Shown here piece by piece: positions 31,451 through 45,205 of a stretch of 64,000 nt of DNA. The notes beneath the pieces are model-generated. The model saw only the letters and a program-made list of their open reading frames with translations, did no database searches and had not been told where the DNA came from. The stretch's first letter is position 1, and each line of letters opens with the position of its first letter. Made by a program: the position numbers and the translations under genes. Source of the stretch: Escherichia coli (GTDB lineage Bacteria > Pseudomonadota > Gammaproteobacteria > Enterobacterales > Enterobacteriaceae); assembly GCF_024298765.1 (NCBI RefSeq), contig NZ_CP101210.1. The stretch is one strand, 5' to 3'.

Positions 31451-32017
31451 TTACTTCACGCGAGAGACATATTCACCAGAGCGGGTATCCACTTTGATGA
31501 CTTCGCCGATCTGCACGAACAGCGGAACTTTAACCACAGCGCCAGTAGACAGGGTAGCCGGTTTGCCGCCAGTACCTGCGGTATCACCTTTCAGGCCCGG
31601 ATCGGTATCAACGATTTCCAGTTCAACGAAGTTCGGCGGAGTAACGGAGATCGGCTGACCATTCCACAGAGTTACGATACACTCTGCCTGATCCAGCAAC
31701 CATTTAGCGTTGTCGCCAATTGCTTTTGCATCAGCAGACAGTTGCTCGAAAGTTTCGTTGTTCATGAAGTGCCAGAACTCACCGTCGTTGTACAGGTAAG
31801 TCAGGTTCATATCGACAACATCAGCGCCTTCAGCGGAATCAGTAGATTTGAAGGTTTTTTCTACGCGAGTACCGGTCAGCAGACGACGCAGTTTAACGCG
31901 AGCAAATGCCTGACCTTTACCCGGTTTTACGAATTCACTCGCTTCAACCGCGTAAGGTTCGCCGTCTAACATGATTTTAAGACCAGCACGAAAATCGTTG
32001 CTATAGTACGTTGCCAT
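31451..32017 (-). CDS. efp: Elongation factor P
   Basis: ORF track 188 aa; KPGKG loop carrying modified Lys34. Confidence 0.95.
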
Positions 32018-32058
32018 AAGGCCCTCTGAAATTTGTTAATTGGTAGCTAAGCCACAAA

Positions 32059-33087
32059 ATGGCGCATATTGTAACCCTAAATACCCCATCCAGAGAAGAT
32101 TGGTTAACGCAACTTGCCGATGTTGTGACCGATCCTGATGAACTTCTGCGTCTTTTGAATATAGACGCGGACGAAAAACTGTTGGCCGGACGCAGTGCTA
32201 AAAAGCTGTTTGCCCTGCGTGTGCCTCGATCATTTATTGAACGCATGGAGAAAGGTAATCCTGATGACCCTCTTTTGCGTCAGGTGCTTACATCGCAAGA
32301 GGAGTATATTGTAGCGCCGGGATTCTCCACCGATCCGCTGGAAGAACAGCACAGCGTGGTGCCTGGTTTGTTGCATAAATACCACAACCGAGCGCTATTG
32401 CTGGTAAAAGGCGGCTGTGCGGTAAATTGCCGCTATTGCTTCCGCCGCCACTTCCCGTATGCCGAAAATCAGGGCAATAAACGTAACTGGCAGACGGCAC
32501 TTGAGTATGTTGCTGCGCATCCGGAACTGGACGAGATGATTTTCTCCGGCGGCGATCCGCTGATGGCGAAAGATCACGAGCTGGACTGGTTGCTCACACA
32601 ACTGGAAGCCATCCCGCATATCAAACGTCTGCGGATTCACAGCCGTCTGCCGATTGTGATTCCGGCACGCATCACAGATGCGCTGGTTGAACGTTTTGCT
32701 CATTCTACGCTGCAAATCTTGCTGGTGAATCACATCAACCATGCCAATGAGGTAGATGAAACATTCCGCCAGGCGATGGCTAAATTGCGCCGTGTCGGCG
32801 TCACCCAGCTTAACCAGAGCGTTCTGTTACGTGGCGTGAACGATAACGCGCAAACGCTGGCAAATTTGAGTAATGCACTGTTTGACGCCGGTGTGATGCC
32901 CTATTACCTGCACGTGCTCGATAAAGTGCAGGGCGCGGCGCATTTCGTGGTGAGCGATGATGAAGCACGGCAGATTATGCGTGAGTTGTTGACGTTAGTA
33001 TCGGGATATCTGGTGCCAAAACTGGCGCGCGAAATTGGTGGCGAACCCAGCAAGACTCCGCTGGATCTCCAGCTACGCCAGCAGTAA
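32059..33087 (+). CDS. epmB: EF-P beta-lysylation lysine 2,3-aminomutase EpmB (radical SAM)
   Basis: ORF track 342 aa; CxxxCxxC radical-SAM motif (CAVNCRYCFRRH). Confidence 0.92.
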   Translation: MAHIVTLNTPSREDWLTQLADVVTDPDELLRLLNIDADEKLLAGRSAKKLFALRVPRSFIERMEKGNPDDPLLRQVLTSQEEYIVAPGFSTDPLEEQHSVVPGLLHKYHNRALLLVKGGCAVNCRYCFRRHFPYAENQGNKRNWQTALEYVAAHPELDEMIFSGGDPLMAKDHELDWLLTQLEAIPHIKRLRIHSRLPIVIPARITDALVERFAHSTLQILLVNHINHANEVDETFRQAMAKLRRVGVTQLNQSVLLRGVNDNAQTLANLSNALFDAGVMPYYLHVLDKVQGAAHFVVSDDEARQIMRELLTLVSGYLVPKLAREIGGEPSKTPLDLQLRQQ

Positions 33088-33119
33088 CTGATTAAACAGG
33101 GAAGTTAAACATTAAAAAT

Positions 33120-33219
33120 GCCTGATGCGCTACGCTTATCCGGCCTACATCGTGCTTTGAAATTGAATGAATTTTCTATGAACTGTAGGCCAGATAAGGC
33201 GTTTACGCCGCATCCGGCA
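33120..33219. repeat. REP/BIME element (inverted pair of REP sequences)
   Basis: GCCTGATGCGCTACGCTTATCCGGCCTACA ... TGTAGGCCAGATAAGGCGTTTACGCCGCATCCGGCA inverted pair downstream of epmB. Confidence 0.8.
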
Positions 33220-33478
33220 AGAGCAACGAACACGAGTACAGCAACCTGCATTAAACTGGAAAGTTTAATCTTTGCCCGTTGCATTAGCCTTAAATATTCG
33301 TTTGATATGTTTTTTATTACTTACATAATTAACATCAATAATTATCCATTCTTTTCTGTTTATCTAGAGTGAGCCCCCTAAATTGTGTTATTTTAACAAC
33401 TATTACTACCAAGCCCATTTATCTGGCTTATAAATTAAAATTAATTATTTAATTGAGAAATGGTTAGGGAGAACCTAC

Positions 33479-34348
33479 ATGGCCATAAGCATCAAGGGTG
33501 TTAATACTGGTGTTATTCGCAAGAGTAATAATTTCATTGCGCTGGCGCTGAAAATAAAAGAGCCTCGCAATAAAGAATCGTTGTTCTTCATGTCTGCGAT
33601 GGAACTGCGCGACCTTTTGATAGCACTGGAAAGCCGTCTGTATCACAAGCATAAACTCGACGCTGAGGCTCGTCTTCAGTATGAGCAGGCGCGCGATAAA
33701 GCCATGAAAAAGATGGCAGAAAACATTCCAGAAATACAGATTGAAGAGCTTAAAAATGCCGATATTAATCGCCGAGTTAATATGCTGGAACTTACCGATA
33801 ATCAGGGCGAAAATCTTAGCTTCGTATTAACGTTACATGACGGTAGCAAATGTGAGTTAGTCGTCAATGAGTTGCAGATTGAAATGCTGGCGCGAGCAAT
33901 CATTCATGCAATTAATAATGCGGAAATGCGTGAACTGGCATTACGTATTACCTCACTGTTAGATTTCCTGCCGTTATACGACGTTGACTGCCAGGACAAT
34001 GGCAATCTGGAATATGACACCTATTCCCAACCGGAATGGAAACATAACTTGTTCAACCATTATCTGGCGGTGCTTTACCGCTTTAAAGATGAAAGTGGCA
34101 AAGAACAATTTAGCGGCGCAGTGGTGAAAACACGTGAAGCAACGCCGGGTAAAGAAGTGGAGGCGATCACTCGCCGAATGCTTGATTTCAGCCCACGACT
34201 GAAAAAACTTGCGGGTGTACCATGTCAGGTCTATGTTCGCACCGTAGCGGCAAATAACGCCCAACCGCTAACCCAGGATCAATGCTTACGCGCGCTGCAT
34301 CACTTACGTGTTCAATCCACCAGCAAAACTGCACCACAGGCGAAATAA
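33479..34348 (+). CDS. yjeJ: Uncharacterised protein YjeJ
   Basis: ORF track 289 aa preceded by very AT-rich upstream region; conserved position. Confidence 0.8.
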   Translation: MAISIKGVNTGVIRKSNNFIALALKIKEPRNKESLFFMSAMELRDLLIALESRLYHKHKLDAEARLQYEQARDKAMKKMAENIPEIQIEELKNADINRRVNMLELTDNQGENLSFVLTLHDGSKCELVVNELQIEMLARAIIHAINNAEMRELALRITSLLDFLPLYDVDCQDNGNLEYDTYSQPEWKHNLFNHYLAVLYRFKDESGKEQFSGAVVKTREATPGKEVEAITRRMLDFSPRLKKLAGVPCQVYVRTVAANNAQPLTQDQCLRALHHLRVQSTSKTAPQAK

Positions 34349-34397
34349 TCCCATCTGTTTTACTACGAGGCTGGAAGTATCCAGCCTCTGGATCACA

Positions 34398-34751
34398 TCA
34401 GTTCGGGCACTTATATACCTGGCCGATAATCTGGCTATCCGTCGGGACAAAACTGGACAACATTCCCTGCGACGGGCTGCTGATGCCATAAATCACGTTA
34501 CCGCCCATTGCAGCCGCCTGGTTGCGCAGATCATTTGCTGCGCCGCGCATAGAACCGCCCTCTTCACCGTGTTGCCCGGAAAGCCAGTTGCTTTGCTTAC
34601 CTGTCGCAGTACCAATCAGCTGGCACTCTGCGCCTGGCTGCTCGTCCACAATGCGTACACTCTGACCGGCAGCACTCAATTCGTTGCTGGAGCTACAACC
34701 CGCCATCAGTAGCGCGGCACCGACAATCCCTGCTAAGTATTTTACGTGCAT
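34398..34751 (-). CDS. yjeI: Lipoprotein YjeI (DUF4156)
   Basis: ORF trimmed to MHVKYLAGIVGAALLMAGCSS lipobox N-terminus (117 aa). Confidence 0.82.
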   Translation of the reverse strand: MHVKYLAGIVGAALLMAGCSSSNELSAAGQSVRIVDEQPGAECQLIGTATGKQSNWLSGQHGEEGGSMRGAANDLRNQAAAMGGNVIYGISSPSQGMLSSFVPTDSQIIGQVYKCPN

Positions 34752-34833
34752 GTTATTCCCCATAATCAATGAGCTGGACGCCACTCGCGTCGTCCGTGTC
34801 TGAATCTTATACTAGAAAGATGACCAAAAGAAA

Positions 34834-34866
34834 AACCCCCAGACATTTCTGCCCGGGGGTTTGTTT
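34834..34866 (-). terminator. Rho-independent terminator downstream of groL
   Basis: CCCCCAG-N-CTGCCCGGGGG stem-loop flanked by A-run/T-run, immediately 3' of groL stop. Confidence 0.7.
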
Positions 34867-34888
34867 ATTTCTGCGAGGTGCAGGGCAA

Positions 34889-36547
<1,659 letters not shown>

Positions 36548-36578
36548 TTAAATTCGTATGTTCAGTGTCGTGCGCGGA

Positions 36579-36923
<345 letters not shown>

Positions 36924-36952
36924 TTACGTGGTTTCCCGGCTGGTGACCAGAG

Positions 36953-36982
36953 AAATGGGGATGAGGCTTCGCCCCTTCAAGG
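36953..36982 (-). promoter_or_regulatory. groSL sigma32 (RpoH) heat-shock promoter
   Basis: Minus strand reads CCCCCTTGAAGGGGCGAAGCCTCATCCCCATTTCTC: -35 CTTGAA, 15-bp spacer, -10 CCCCATTT, matching sigma32 consensus. Confidence 0.85.
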
Positions 36983-37147
36983 GGGAAAAAGAAAAAAAAT
37001 TCTGATCAGCACAAAATCGGGTGAAAACCCTGATTCACCTCACATTTCATCGCTATTTCTTCATCACCGTCATAAGCGAATCTGATTGTGCTACCATCGA
37101 AAATCTACGCAGTTGCCCAAAATTTGGGCGCAATCGGACATCAACCC

Positions 37148-38404
37148 ATGAGTGGACTCAAACAAGAACTGGGGCTGGCCCAGGGCATCGGCCTGCTATC
37201 GACGTCATTATTAGGCACCGGCGTGTTTGCCGTTCCTGCGTTAGCTGCACTGGTAGCAGGCAATAACAGCCTGTGGGCGTGGCCCGTTTTGATTATCTTA
37301 GTGTTCCCGATTGCGATTGTGTTTGCGATTCTGGGTCGCCACTATCCCAGCGCAGGCGGTGTCGCGCACTTCGTCGGTATGGCGTTTGGTTCACGGCTTG
37401 AGCGAGTCACCGGCTGGCTGTTTTTATCGGTCATTCCCGTGGGTTTGCCTGCCGCACTACAAATTGCAGCCGGATTCGGCCAGGCAATGTTTGGCTGGAA
37501 TAGCTGGCAACTGTTGTTGGCAGAACTCGGTACGCTGGCGTTGGTGTGGTATATCGGTACTCGCGGTGCCAGTTCCAGTGCTAATCTACAAACCGTTATT
37601 GCCGGACTTATCGTCGCGCTGATTGTCGCTATCTGGTGGGCGGGCGATATCAAACCTGCGAATATCCCCTTCCCTGCGCCAGGAAATATCGAACTTACCG
37701 GGTTATTTGCTGCGTTATCAGTGATGTTCTGGTGTTTTGTCGGTCTGGAAGCATTTGCCCATCTTGCCTCGGAATTTAAAAATCCAGAGCGTGATTTTCC
37801 TCGTGCTTTGATGATTGGTCTGCTGCTGGCAGGATTAGTCTACTGGGGCTGTACGGTAGTCGTCTTACACTTCGACGCCTATGGTGAACAAATGGCCGCG
37901 GCAGCATCGCTTCCAAAAATTGTAGTGCTGTTGTTCGGTGTAGGAGCGTTATGGATTGCCTGCGTGATTGGCTATCTGGCCTGCTTTGCCAGTCTCAACA
38001 TTTATATACAGAGCTTCGCCCGCCTGGTCTGGTCGCAGGCGCAACATAATCCTGACCACTACCTGGCACGCCTCTCTTCTCGCCATATCCCGAATAATGC
38101 CCTCAATGCGGTGCTCGGCTGCTGCGTGGTGAGCACGTTGGTGATTCATGCTTTAGGGATCAATCTGGACGCACTTATCATCTATGCCAATGGCATCTTT
38201 ATTATGATTTATCTGTTATGCATGCTGGCAGGCTGTAAATTATTGCAAGGACGTTATCGACTACTGGCGGTGGTTGGCGGGCTGTTATGCGTTCTGTTAC
38301 TGGCAATGGTCGGCTGGAAAAGTCTCTATGCGCTAATCATGCTGGCGGGGTTATGGCTGTTTCTGCCAAAACGAAAAACGCCGGAAAATGGCATAACCAC
38401 ATAA
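37148..38404 (+). CDS. yjeH: APC-family amino-acid exporter YjeH
   Basis: ORF track 438 aa trimmed to MSGLKQELGLAQGIGLL; multi-TM. Confidence 0.85.
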   Translation: MSGLKQELGLAQGIGLLSTSLLGTGVFAVPALAALVAGNNSLWAWPVLIILVFPIAIVFAILGRHYPSAGGVAHFVGMAFGSRLERVTGWLFLSVIPVGLPAALQIAAGFGQAMFGWNSWQLLLAELGTLALVWYIGTRGASSSANLQTVIAGLIVALIVAIWWAGDIKPANIPFPAPGNIELTGLFAALSVMFWCFVGLEAFAHLASEFKNPERDFPRALMIGLLLAGLVYWGCTVVVLHFDAYGEQMAAAASLPKIVVLLFGVGALWIACVIGYLACFASLNIYIQSFARLVWSQAQHNPDHYLARLSSRHIPNNALNAVLGCCVVSTLVIHALGINLDALIIYANGIFIMIYLLCMLAGCKLLQGRYRLLAVVGGLLCVLLLAMVGWKSLYALIMLAGLWLFLPKRKTPENGITT

Positions 38405-38419
38405 TCCGGCGTTTCGGCA

Positions 38420-38896
38420 TTAATCCTGGCGATCGTCTTTATGATCAAGGCGGTCGTGGTCATCATCCTTTCGCTGGTACTCACCATCAAAAGTATTACC
38501 GCCACCGGTCCCGGCGCTAAAACCGCCGCCTGGCATGCGAGAAAAGCGCAAATGCGGCATCAACTTCACTGTCAGATGCTTTTGCACCGGCGGCAATAAA
38601 AGCAGAAGACCGAGGAAGTCGGTGAAAAAGCCCGGTAATAAAAGCAGCAAACCGGCAATGATCAGCGAAACACTTTTAATCATCTCCGCCGCTGGGTTTT
38701 CACCCGCCGCCATTTTTTGCTGCATCAGCACGAAATTCTTAAAGCCCTGGTTGCGTACCAGTGACATACCGATAACTGACGTGAATATAACCAGCACGAG
38801 GGTCAGCAATACCCCCAATACATGGGCAACCTGAATAAAGATTGAAATCTCAATATAGACATAAAGGAAAATGGCAATAAAAGGTAACCAGCGCAA
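38420..38896 (-). CDS. fxsA: Inner membrane protein FxsA
   Basis: ORF track 158 aa; hydrophobic N-terminus, acidic/basic C-terminal tail. Confidence 0.88.
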   Translation of the reverse strand: MRWLPFIAIFLYVYIEISIFIQVAHVLGVLLTLVLVIFTSVIGMSLVRNQGFKNFVLMQQKMAAGENPAAEMIKSVSLIIAGLLLLLPGFFTDFLGLLLLLPPVQKHLTVKLMPHLRFSRMPGGGFSAGTGGGNTFDGEYQRKDDDHDRLDHKDDRQD

Positions 38897-39232
38897 AGGT
38901 TTCTCCTGTAATAGCAGCCGGTTAACCCCGGCTACCTGAATGGGTTGCGAATCGCGTTCAGCTTATATTGTGGTCATTAGCAAAATTTCAAGATGTTTGC
39001 GCAACTATTTTTGGTAGTAATCCCAAAGCGGTGATCTATTTCACAAATTAATAATTAAGGGGTAAAAACCGGCACTTAAAGTGATCCAGATTACGGTAGA
39101 AATCCTCAAGCAGCATATGATCTCGGGTATTCGGTCGATGCAGGGGATAATCGTCGGTCGAAAAACATTCGAAACCACATATATTCTGTGTGTTTAAAGC
39201 AAATCATTGGCAGCTTGAAAAAGAAGGTTCAC

Positions 39233-40669
39233 ATGTCAAACAACATTCGTATCGAAGAAGATCTGTTGGGTACCAGGGAAGTTCCAGCTGATGCCTACTA
39301 TGGTGTTCACACTCTGAGAGCGATTGAAAACTTCTATATCAGCAACAACAAAATCAGTGATATTCCTGAATTTGTTCGCGGTATGGTAATGGTTAAAAAA
39401 GCCGCAGCTATGGCAAACAAAGAGCTGCAAACCATTCCTAAAAGTGTAGCGAATGCCATCATTGCCGCATGTGATGAAGTCCTGAACAACGGAAAATGCA
39501 TGGATCAGTTCCCGGTAGACGTCTACCAGGGCGGCGCAGGTACTTCCGTAAACATGAACACCAACGAAGTGCTGGCCAATATCGGTCTGGAACTGATGGG
39601 TCACCAGAAAGGTGAATATCAGTACCTGAACCCGAACGACCATGTTAACAAATGTCAGTCCACTAACGACGCCTACCCGACCGGTTTCCGTATCGCAGTT
39701 TACTCTTCCCTGATTAAGCTGGTAGATGCGATTAACCAACTGCGTGAAGGCTTTGAACGTAAAGCTGTCGAATTCCAGGACATCCTGAAAATGGGTCGTA
39801 CCCAGCTGCAGGACGCAGTACCGATGACCCTCGGTCAGGAATTCCGCGCTTTCAGCATCCTGCTGAAAGAAGAAGTGAAAAACATCCAACGTACCGCTGA
39901 ACTGCTGCTGGAAGTTAACCTTGGCGCAACAGCAATCGGTACTGGTCTGAACACGCCGAAAGAGTACTCTCCGCTGGCAGTGAAAAAACTGGCTGAAGTC
40001 ACTGGCTTCCCATGCGTACCGGCTGAAGACCTGATCGAAGCGACCTCTGACTGCGGCGCTTATGTTATGGTTCACGGCGCGCTGAAACGCCTGGCTGTGA
40101 AGATGTCCAAAATCTGTAACGACCTGCGCTTGCTCTCTTCTGGTCCACGTGCCGGCCTGAACGAGATCAACCTGCCGGAACTGCAGGCGGGCTCTTCCAT
40201 CATGCCAGCTAAAGTAAACCCGGTTGTCCCGGAAGTGGTTAACCAGGTATGCTTCAAAGTCATCGGTAACGACACCACTGTTACCATGGCAGCAGAAGCA
40301 GGTCAGCTGCAGTTGAACGTTATGGAGCCGGTCATTGGCCAGGCCATGTTCGAATCCGTTCACATTCTGACCAACGCTTGCTACAACCTGCTGGAAAAAT
40401 GCATTAACGGCATCACTGCTAACAAAGAAGTGTGCGAAGGTTACGTTTACAACTCTATCGGTATCGTTACTTACCTGAACCCGTTCATCGGTCACCACAA
40501 CGGTGACATCGTGGGTAAAATCTGTGCCGAAACCGGTAAGAGTGTACGTGAAGTCGTTCTGGAACGCGGCCTGTTGACTGAAGCGGAACTTGACGATATT
40601 TTCTCCGTACAGAATCTGATGCACCCGGCTTACAAAGCAAAACGCTATACTGATGAAAGCGAACAGTAA
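39233..40669 (+). CDS. aspA: Aspartate ammonia-lyase
   Basis: ORF trimmed to [24 protein letters not shown] (478 aa); fumarase/aspartase signature [10 protein letters not shown]. Confidence 0.95.
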
Positions 40670-40692
40670 TCGTACAGGGTAGTACAAATAAA

Positions 40693-40722
40693 GAAGGCAC
40701 GTCAGATGACGTGCCTTTTTTC
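40693..40722 (+). terminator. Rho-independent terminator after aspA
   Basis: GGCACGTC-AGAT-GACGTGCC stem-loop followed by TTTTTTC. Confidence 0.78.
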
Positions 40723-40786
40723 TTGTGAGCAGTAACTTAAAAATAACAATCTAATATCAACTTGTTAAAAAACAAGGAAGGCTAAT

Positions 40787-42088
40787 ATGCTAGTTGTAGA
40801 ACTCATCATAGTTTTGCTGGCGATCTTCTTGGGCGCCAGATTGGGGGGAATAGGTATTGGTTTTGCAGGCGGATTGGGGGTGCTGGTTCTTGCCGCTATT
40901 GGCGTTAAACCCGGTAACATCCCGTTCGATGTCATTTCCATTATCATGGCGGTTATCGCCGCTATTTCTGCCATGCAGGTTGCTGGCGGTCTGGACTATC
41001 TGGTTCATCAGACAGAAAAGCTGCTGCGCCGTAACCCGAAATACATCACGATCCTCGCACCGATCGTGACCTATTTCCTGACTATCTTTGCTGGTACTGG
41101 CAACATCTCTCTGGCGACACTGCCAGTTATCGCTGAAGTTGCGAAGGAACAAGGCGTTAAACCTTGCCGTCCGCTGTCTACTGCAGTGGTATCCGCGCAG
41201 ATTGCGATCACCGCATCGCCAATCTCAGCAGCAGTGGTTTACATGTCTTCCGTGATGGAAGGTCATGGCATCAGCTACCTCCATCTGCTCTCCGTGGTCA
41301 TCCCGTCCACCCTGCTGGCGGTTCTGGTGATGTCCTTCCTGGTCACTATGCTGTTCAACTCCAAACTCTCTGACGATCCGATTTATCGCAAGCGTCTGGA
41401 AGAGGGCCTGGTTGAACTGCGCGGTGAAAAGCAGATTGAAATCAAATCCGGTGCAAAAACGTCCGTCTGGCTATTCCTGCTGGGCGTAGTTGGCGTGGTT
41501 ATCTATGCAATCATCAACAGCCCAAGCATGGGTCTGGTTGAAAAACCGCTGATGAACACCACCAACGCAATCCTGATCATCATGCTCAGCGTTGCAACTC
41601 TGACCACCGTTATCTGTAAAGTCGATACCGACAACATCCTCAACTCCAGCACCTTCAAAGCAGGTATGAGCGCCTGTATTTGTATCCTGGGTGTTGCGTG
41701 GCTGGGCGATACTTTCGTTTCCAACAACATCGACTGGATCAAAGATACCGCTGGTGAAGTGATTCAGGGTCATCCGTGGCTGCTGGCCGTCATCTTCTTC
41801 TTTGCTTCTGCTCTGCTGTACTCTCAGGCTGCAACCGCAAAAGCACTGATGCCGATGGCTCTGGCACTGAACGTTTCTCCTCTGACCGCTGTTGCTTCTT
41901 TCGCTGCGGTGTCTGGTCTGTTCATTCTGCCGACCTACCCGACGCTGGTTGCTGCGGTACAGATGGATGACACGGGTACTACCCGTATCGGTAAATTCGT
42001 CTTCAACCATCCGTTCTTCATCCCGGGTACTCTGGGTGTTGCCCTGGCCGTTTGCTTCGGCTTCGTGCTGGGTAGCTTCATGCTGTAA
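40787..42088 (+). CDS. dcuA: Anaerobic C4-dicarboxylate transporter DcuA
   Basis: ORF track 433 aa multi-TM; conserved position after aspA. Confidence 0.93.
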   Translation: MLVVELIIVLLAIFLGARLGGIGIGFAGGLGVLVLAAIGVKPGNIPFDVISIIMAVIAAISAMQVAGGLDYLVHQTEKLLRRNPKYITILAPIVTYFLTIFAGTGNISLATLPVIAEVAKEQGVKPCRPLSTAVVSAQIAITASPISAAVVYMSSVMEGHGISYLHLLSVVIPSTLLAVLVMSFLVTMLFNSKLSDDPIYRKRLEEGLVELRGEKQIEIKSGAKTSVWLFLLGVVGVVIYAIINSPSMGLVEKPLMNTTNAILIIMLSVATLTTVICKVDTDNILNSSTFKAGMSACICILGVAWLGDTFVSNNIDWIKDTAGEVIQGHPWLLAVIFFFASALLYSQAATAKALMPMALALNVSPLTAVASFAAVSGLFILPTYPTLVAAVQMDDTGTTRIGKFVFNHPFFIPGTLGVALAVCFGFVLGSFML

Positions 42089-42202
42089 TGACCAATCGCG
42101 GGGCTTCAGGCCCCGCTTTCTTTCCCGCCGACTAACATCCTTCCCCCGTCCGTTGTATAGTGACCTCTCTCTTGCGGTTCCATCTGTTCTTGCGAGGTGT
42201 TT

Positions 42203-42541
42203 ATGCTTGATGAAAAAAGTTCGAATACCGCGTCTGTCGTGGTGCTATGTACGGCACCGGATGAAGCGACAGCCCAGGATTTAGCCGCCAAAGTGCTGGC
42301 GGAAAAACTGGCGGCCTGCGCGACCTTGATCCCCGGCGCTACCTCTCTCTATTACTGGGAAGGTAAGCTGGAGCAAGAATACGAAGTGCAGATGATTTTA
42401 AAAACTACCGTATCTCTCCAGCAGGCACTGCTGGAATGCCTGAAGTCTCATCATCCATATCAAACCCCGGAACTTCTGGTTTTACCTGTTACACACGGAG
42501 ACACAGATTACCTCTCATGGCTCAACGCATCTTTACGCTGA
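42203..42541 (+). CDS. cutA: Divalent-cation tolerance protein CutA
   Basis: ORF trimmed to [21 protein letters not shown] (112 aa). Confidence 0.9.
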   Translation: MLDEKSSNTASVVVLCTAPDEATAQDLAAKVLAEKLAACATLIPGATSLYYWEGKLEQEYEVQMILKTTVSLQQALLECLKSHHPYQTPELLVLPVTHGDTDYLSWLNASLR

Positions 42542-44214
42542 TCCTGCTACTTTGCAGCACTTCCGTTTTTGCCGGATTATTCGACGCGCCGGGACGTTCA
42601 CAATTTGTCCCCGCGGATCAAGCCTTTGCTTTTGATTTTCAGCAAAATCAACATGATCTGAATCTGACCTGGCAGATCAAAGACGGTTACTACCTCTACC
42701 GTAAACAGATCCGCATTACGCCGGAACACGCGAAAATTGCTGACGTGCAGCTGCCGCAAGGCGTCTGGCATGAAGATGAGTTTTACGGCAAAAGCGAGAT
42801 TTACCGCGATCGGCTGACGCTTCCCGTAACCATCAACCAGGCGAGTGCGGGAGCAACGTTAACTGTCACCTACCAGGGCTGTGCTGATGCCGGTTTCTGT
42901 TATCCGCCAGAAACCAAAACCGTTCCGTTAAGCGAAGTGGTCGCCAACAACGAAGCGTCACAGCCTGTGTCTGTTCCGCAGCAAGAGCAGCCCACCGCGC
43001 AATTGCCCTTTTCCGCGCTCTGGGCGTTGTTGATCGGTATTGGTATCGCCTTTACGCCATGCGTGCTGCCAATGTACCCACTGATTTCTGGCATCGTGCT
43101 GGGCGGTAAACAGCGGCTTTCCACTGCCAGAGCATTGTTGCTGACCTTTATTTATGTGCAGGGGATGGCGCTGACTTACACGGCGCTGGGTCTGGTGGTT
43201 GCCGCCGCAGGGTTACAGTTCCAGGCGGCGCTACAGCACCCATACGTGCTCATTGGCCTCGCCATCGTCTTTACCTTGCTGGCGATGTCAATGTTTGGCT
43301 TGTTTACTCTGCAACTCCCCTCTTCGCTGCAAACACGTCTCACGCTGATGAGCAATCGCCAACAGGGCGGCTCACCTGGCGGTGTGTTTATTATGGGGGC
43401 GATTGCCGGACTGATCTGTTCACCATGCACCACTGCACCGCTTAGCGCGATTCTGTTGTATATCGCCCAAAGCGGGAACATGTGGCTGGGGGGCGGCACG
43501 CTTTATCTCTATGCGTTGGGCATGGGCCTGCCGCTGATGCTAATAACCGTCTTTGGTAACCGCCTGCTGCCGAAAAGCGGCCCGTGGATGGAACAAGTCA
43601 AAACCGCGTTTGGTTTTGTGATCCTCGCACTGCCGGTCTTCCTGCTGGAGCGAGTGATTGGCGATATATGGGGATTACGCTTGTGGTCGGCGCTTGGTGT
43701 CGCATTCTTTGGCTGGGCCTTTATCACCAGCCTACAGGCCAAACGCGGCTGGATGCGCGTAGTGCAAATAATCCTGCTGGCAGCGGCATTGGTTAGCGTG
43801 CGCCCACTTCAGGATTGGGCATTTGGTGCGACGCATACCGCGCAAACTCAGACGCATCTCAACTTTACACAAATCAAAACGGTAGATGAGTTAAATCAGG
43901 CGCTCGTTGAAGCCAAAGGCAAACCAGTGATGTTAGATCTCTATGCCGACTGGTGCGTCGCCTGTAAAGAGTTTGAGAAATACACCTTCAGCGACCCGCA
44001 GGTGCAAAAAGCGTTAGCAGACACGGTCTTACTTCAGGCCAACGTCACTGTCAACGACGCACAAGATGTGGCGCTGTTAAAGCATCTTAATGTCCTTGGC
44101 CTACCGACAATTCTCTTTTTTGACGGACAAGGCCAGGAGCATCCACAAGCACGCGTCACGGGCTTTATGGATGCTGAAACCTTCAGCGCACATTTGCGCG
44201 ATCGCCAACCGTGA
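42517..44214 (+). CDS. dsbD: Thiol:disulfide interchange protein DsbD
   Basis: ORF trimmed to [19 protein letters not shown] (565 aa); redox Cys pairs incl. C-terminal thioredoxin-like CVACK; overlaps cutA. Confidence 0.93.
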   Translation: MAQRIFTLILLLCSTSVFAGLFDAPGRSQFVPADQAFAFDFQQNQHDLNLTWQIKDGYYLYRKQIRITPEHAKIADVQLPQGVWHEDEFYGKSEIYRDRLTLPVTINQASAGATLTVTYQGCADAGFCYPPETKTVPLSEVVANNEASQPVSVPQQEQPTAQLPFSALWALLIGIGIAFTPCVLPMYPLISGIVLGGKQRLSTARALLLTFIYVQGMALTYTALGLVVAAAGLQFQAALQHPYVLIGLAIVFTLLAMSMFGLFTLQLPSSLQTRLTLMSNRQQGGSPGGVFIMGAIAGLICSPCTTAPLSAILLYIAQSGNMWLGGGTLYLYALGMGLPLMLITVFGNRLLPKSGPWMEQVKTAFGFVILALPVFLLERVIGDIWGLRLWSALGVAFFGWAFITSLQAKRGWMRVVQIILLAAALVSVRPLQDWAFGATHTAQTQTHLNFTQIKTVDELNQALVEAKGKPVMLDLYADWCVACKEFEKYTFSDPQVQKALADTVLLQANVTVNDAQDVALLKHLNVLGLPTILFFDGQGQEHPQARVTGFMDAETFSAHLRDRQP

Positions 44215-44250
44215 ACGACACTTGCAGTGGGAAAGACGGAGGAAAATAGC

Positions 44251-44826
44251 GTGCAACGTGAAGATGTACTGGGAGAAGCCCTGAAATTATTAGAATTACA
44301 AGGGATTGCCAACACCACGCTGGAGATGGTTGCTGAACGTGTGGATTATCCACTGGACGAGCTACGCCGCTTCTGGCCAGACAAAGAGGCAATCCTCTAC
44401 GATGCGCTGCGTTATCTTAGCCAACAGATAGATGTCTGGCGTCGTCAGCTGATGCTGGACGAAACGCAAACCGCCGAACAAAAGTTGCTGGCACGTTATC
44501 AGGCGTTATCGGAGTGCGTTAAAAACAACCGCTATCCGGGCTGTCTGTTTATCGCTGCCTGTACGTTTTATCCCGATCCTGGCCACCCTATTCATCAACT
44601 GGCCGATCAGCAAAAAAGCGCGGCCTACGATTTCACCCACGAACTGTTAACCACGCTGGAAGTTGACGATCCGGCGATGGTAGCAAAGCAGATGGAACTG
44701 GTGCTGGAAGGCTGTTTAAGCCGAATGCTGGTGAATCGTAGCCACGCGGATGTCGACACCGCACATCGGCTGGCAGAAGATATCCTGCGCTTCGCTCGCT
44801 GCCGCCAGGGTGGCGCACTGACCTGA
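44251..44826 (+). CDS. yjdC: TetR-family transcriptional regulator YjdC
   Basis: ORF trimmed to GTG start ([14 protein letters not shown]) after GACGGAGG RBS; TetR HTH. Confidence 0.85.
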   Translation: MQREDVLGEALKLLELQGIANTTLEMVAERVDYPLDELRRFWPDKEAILYDALRYLSQQIDVWRRQLMLDETQTAEQKLLARYQALSECVKNNRYPGCLFIAACTFYPDPGHPIHQLADQQKSAAYDFTHELLTTLEVDDPAMVAKQMELVLEGCLSRMLVNRSHADVDTAHRLAEDILRFARCRQGGALT

Positions 44827-44893
44827 CAGAAACACAGAAAAGAAGCGATTTGCCGCAATCTTAAGCAGTTGAATCGCTTTTACTGAAATTAGG

Positions 44894-44923
44894 TTGACGA
44901 GATGTGCAGATTACGGTTTAATG
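44894..44923 (+). promoter_or_regulatory. Candidate promoter of tRNA-Phe
   Basis: TTGACG followed about 17 bp later by TTTAAT, about 10 bp upstream of tRNA 5' end. Confidence 0.45.
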
Positions 44924-44932
44924 CGCCCCGTT

Positions 44933-45008
44933 GCCCGGATAGCTCAGTCGGTAGAGCAGGGGATTGAAAATCCCCGTGTCCTTGGTTCGATTCCGAGTCC
45001 GGGCACCA
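44933..45008 (+). tRNA. pheU: tRNA-Phe (anticodon GAA)
   Basis: 76 nt GCCCGGATAGCTCAGTCGGTAGAGCAGGGGATTGAAAATCCCCGTGTCCTTGGTTCGATTCCGAGTCCGGGCACCA; pheU assigned from flanking yjdC. Confidence 0.95.
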
Positions 45009-45020
45009 AATTCATATAAA

Positions 45021-45049
45021 CGGACCTCCACGGAGGTCCGTTTTTCGTT
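45021..45049 (+). terminator. Rho-independent terminator after tRNA-Phe
   Basis: CGGACCTCC-ACGG-AGGTCCG hairpin followed by TTTTTCGTTTT. Confidence 0.75.
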
Positions 45050-45205
45050 TTAGGACGCCACGATTTAAGCGTCCTGCCGCCAAATCAATTCTACCGAACT
45101 CAACCAGACTCCCCCCACATCAACCCCATTGTGTGGGTATAATTGCGGGTATACCCCAGTTCGACAGAATTTGTACCCTCTTTAACGCATTCAGAAGGCT
45201 GAACT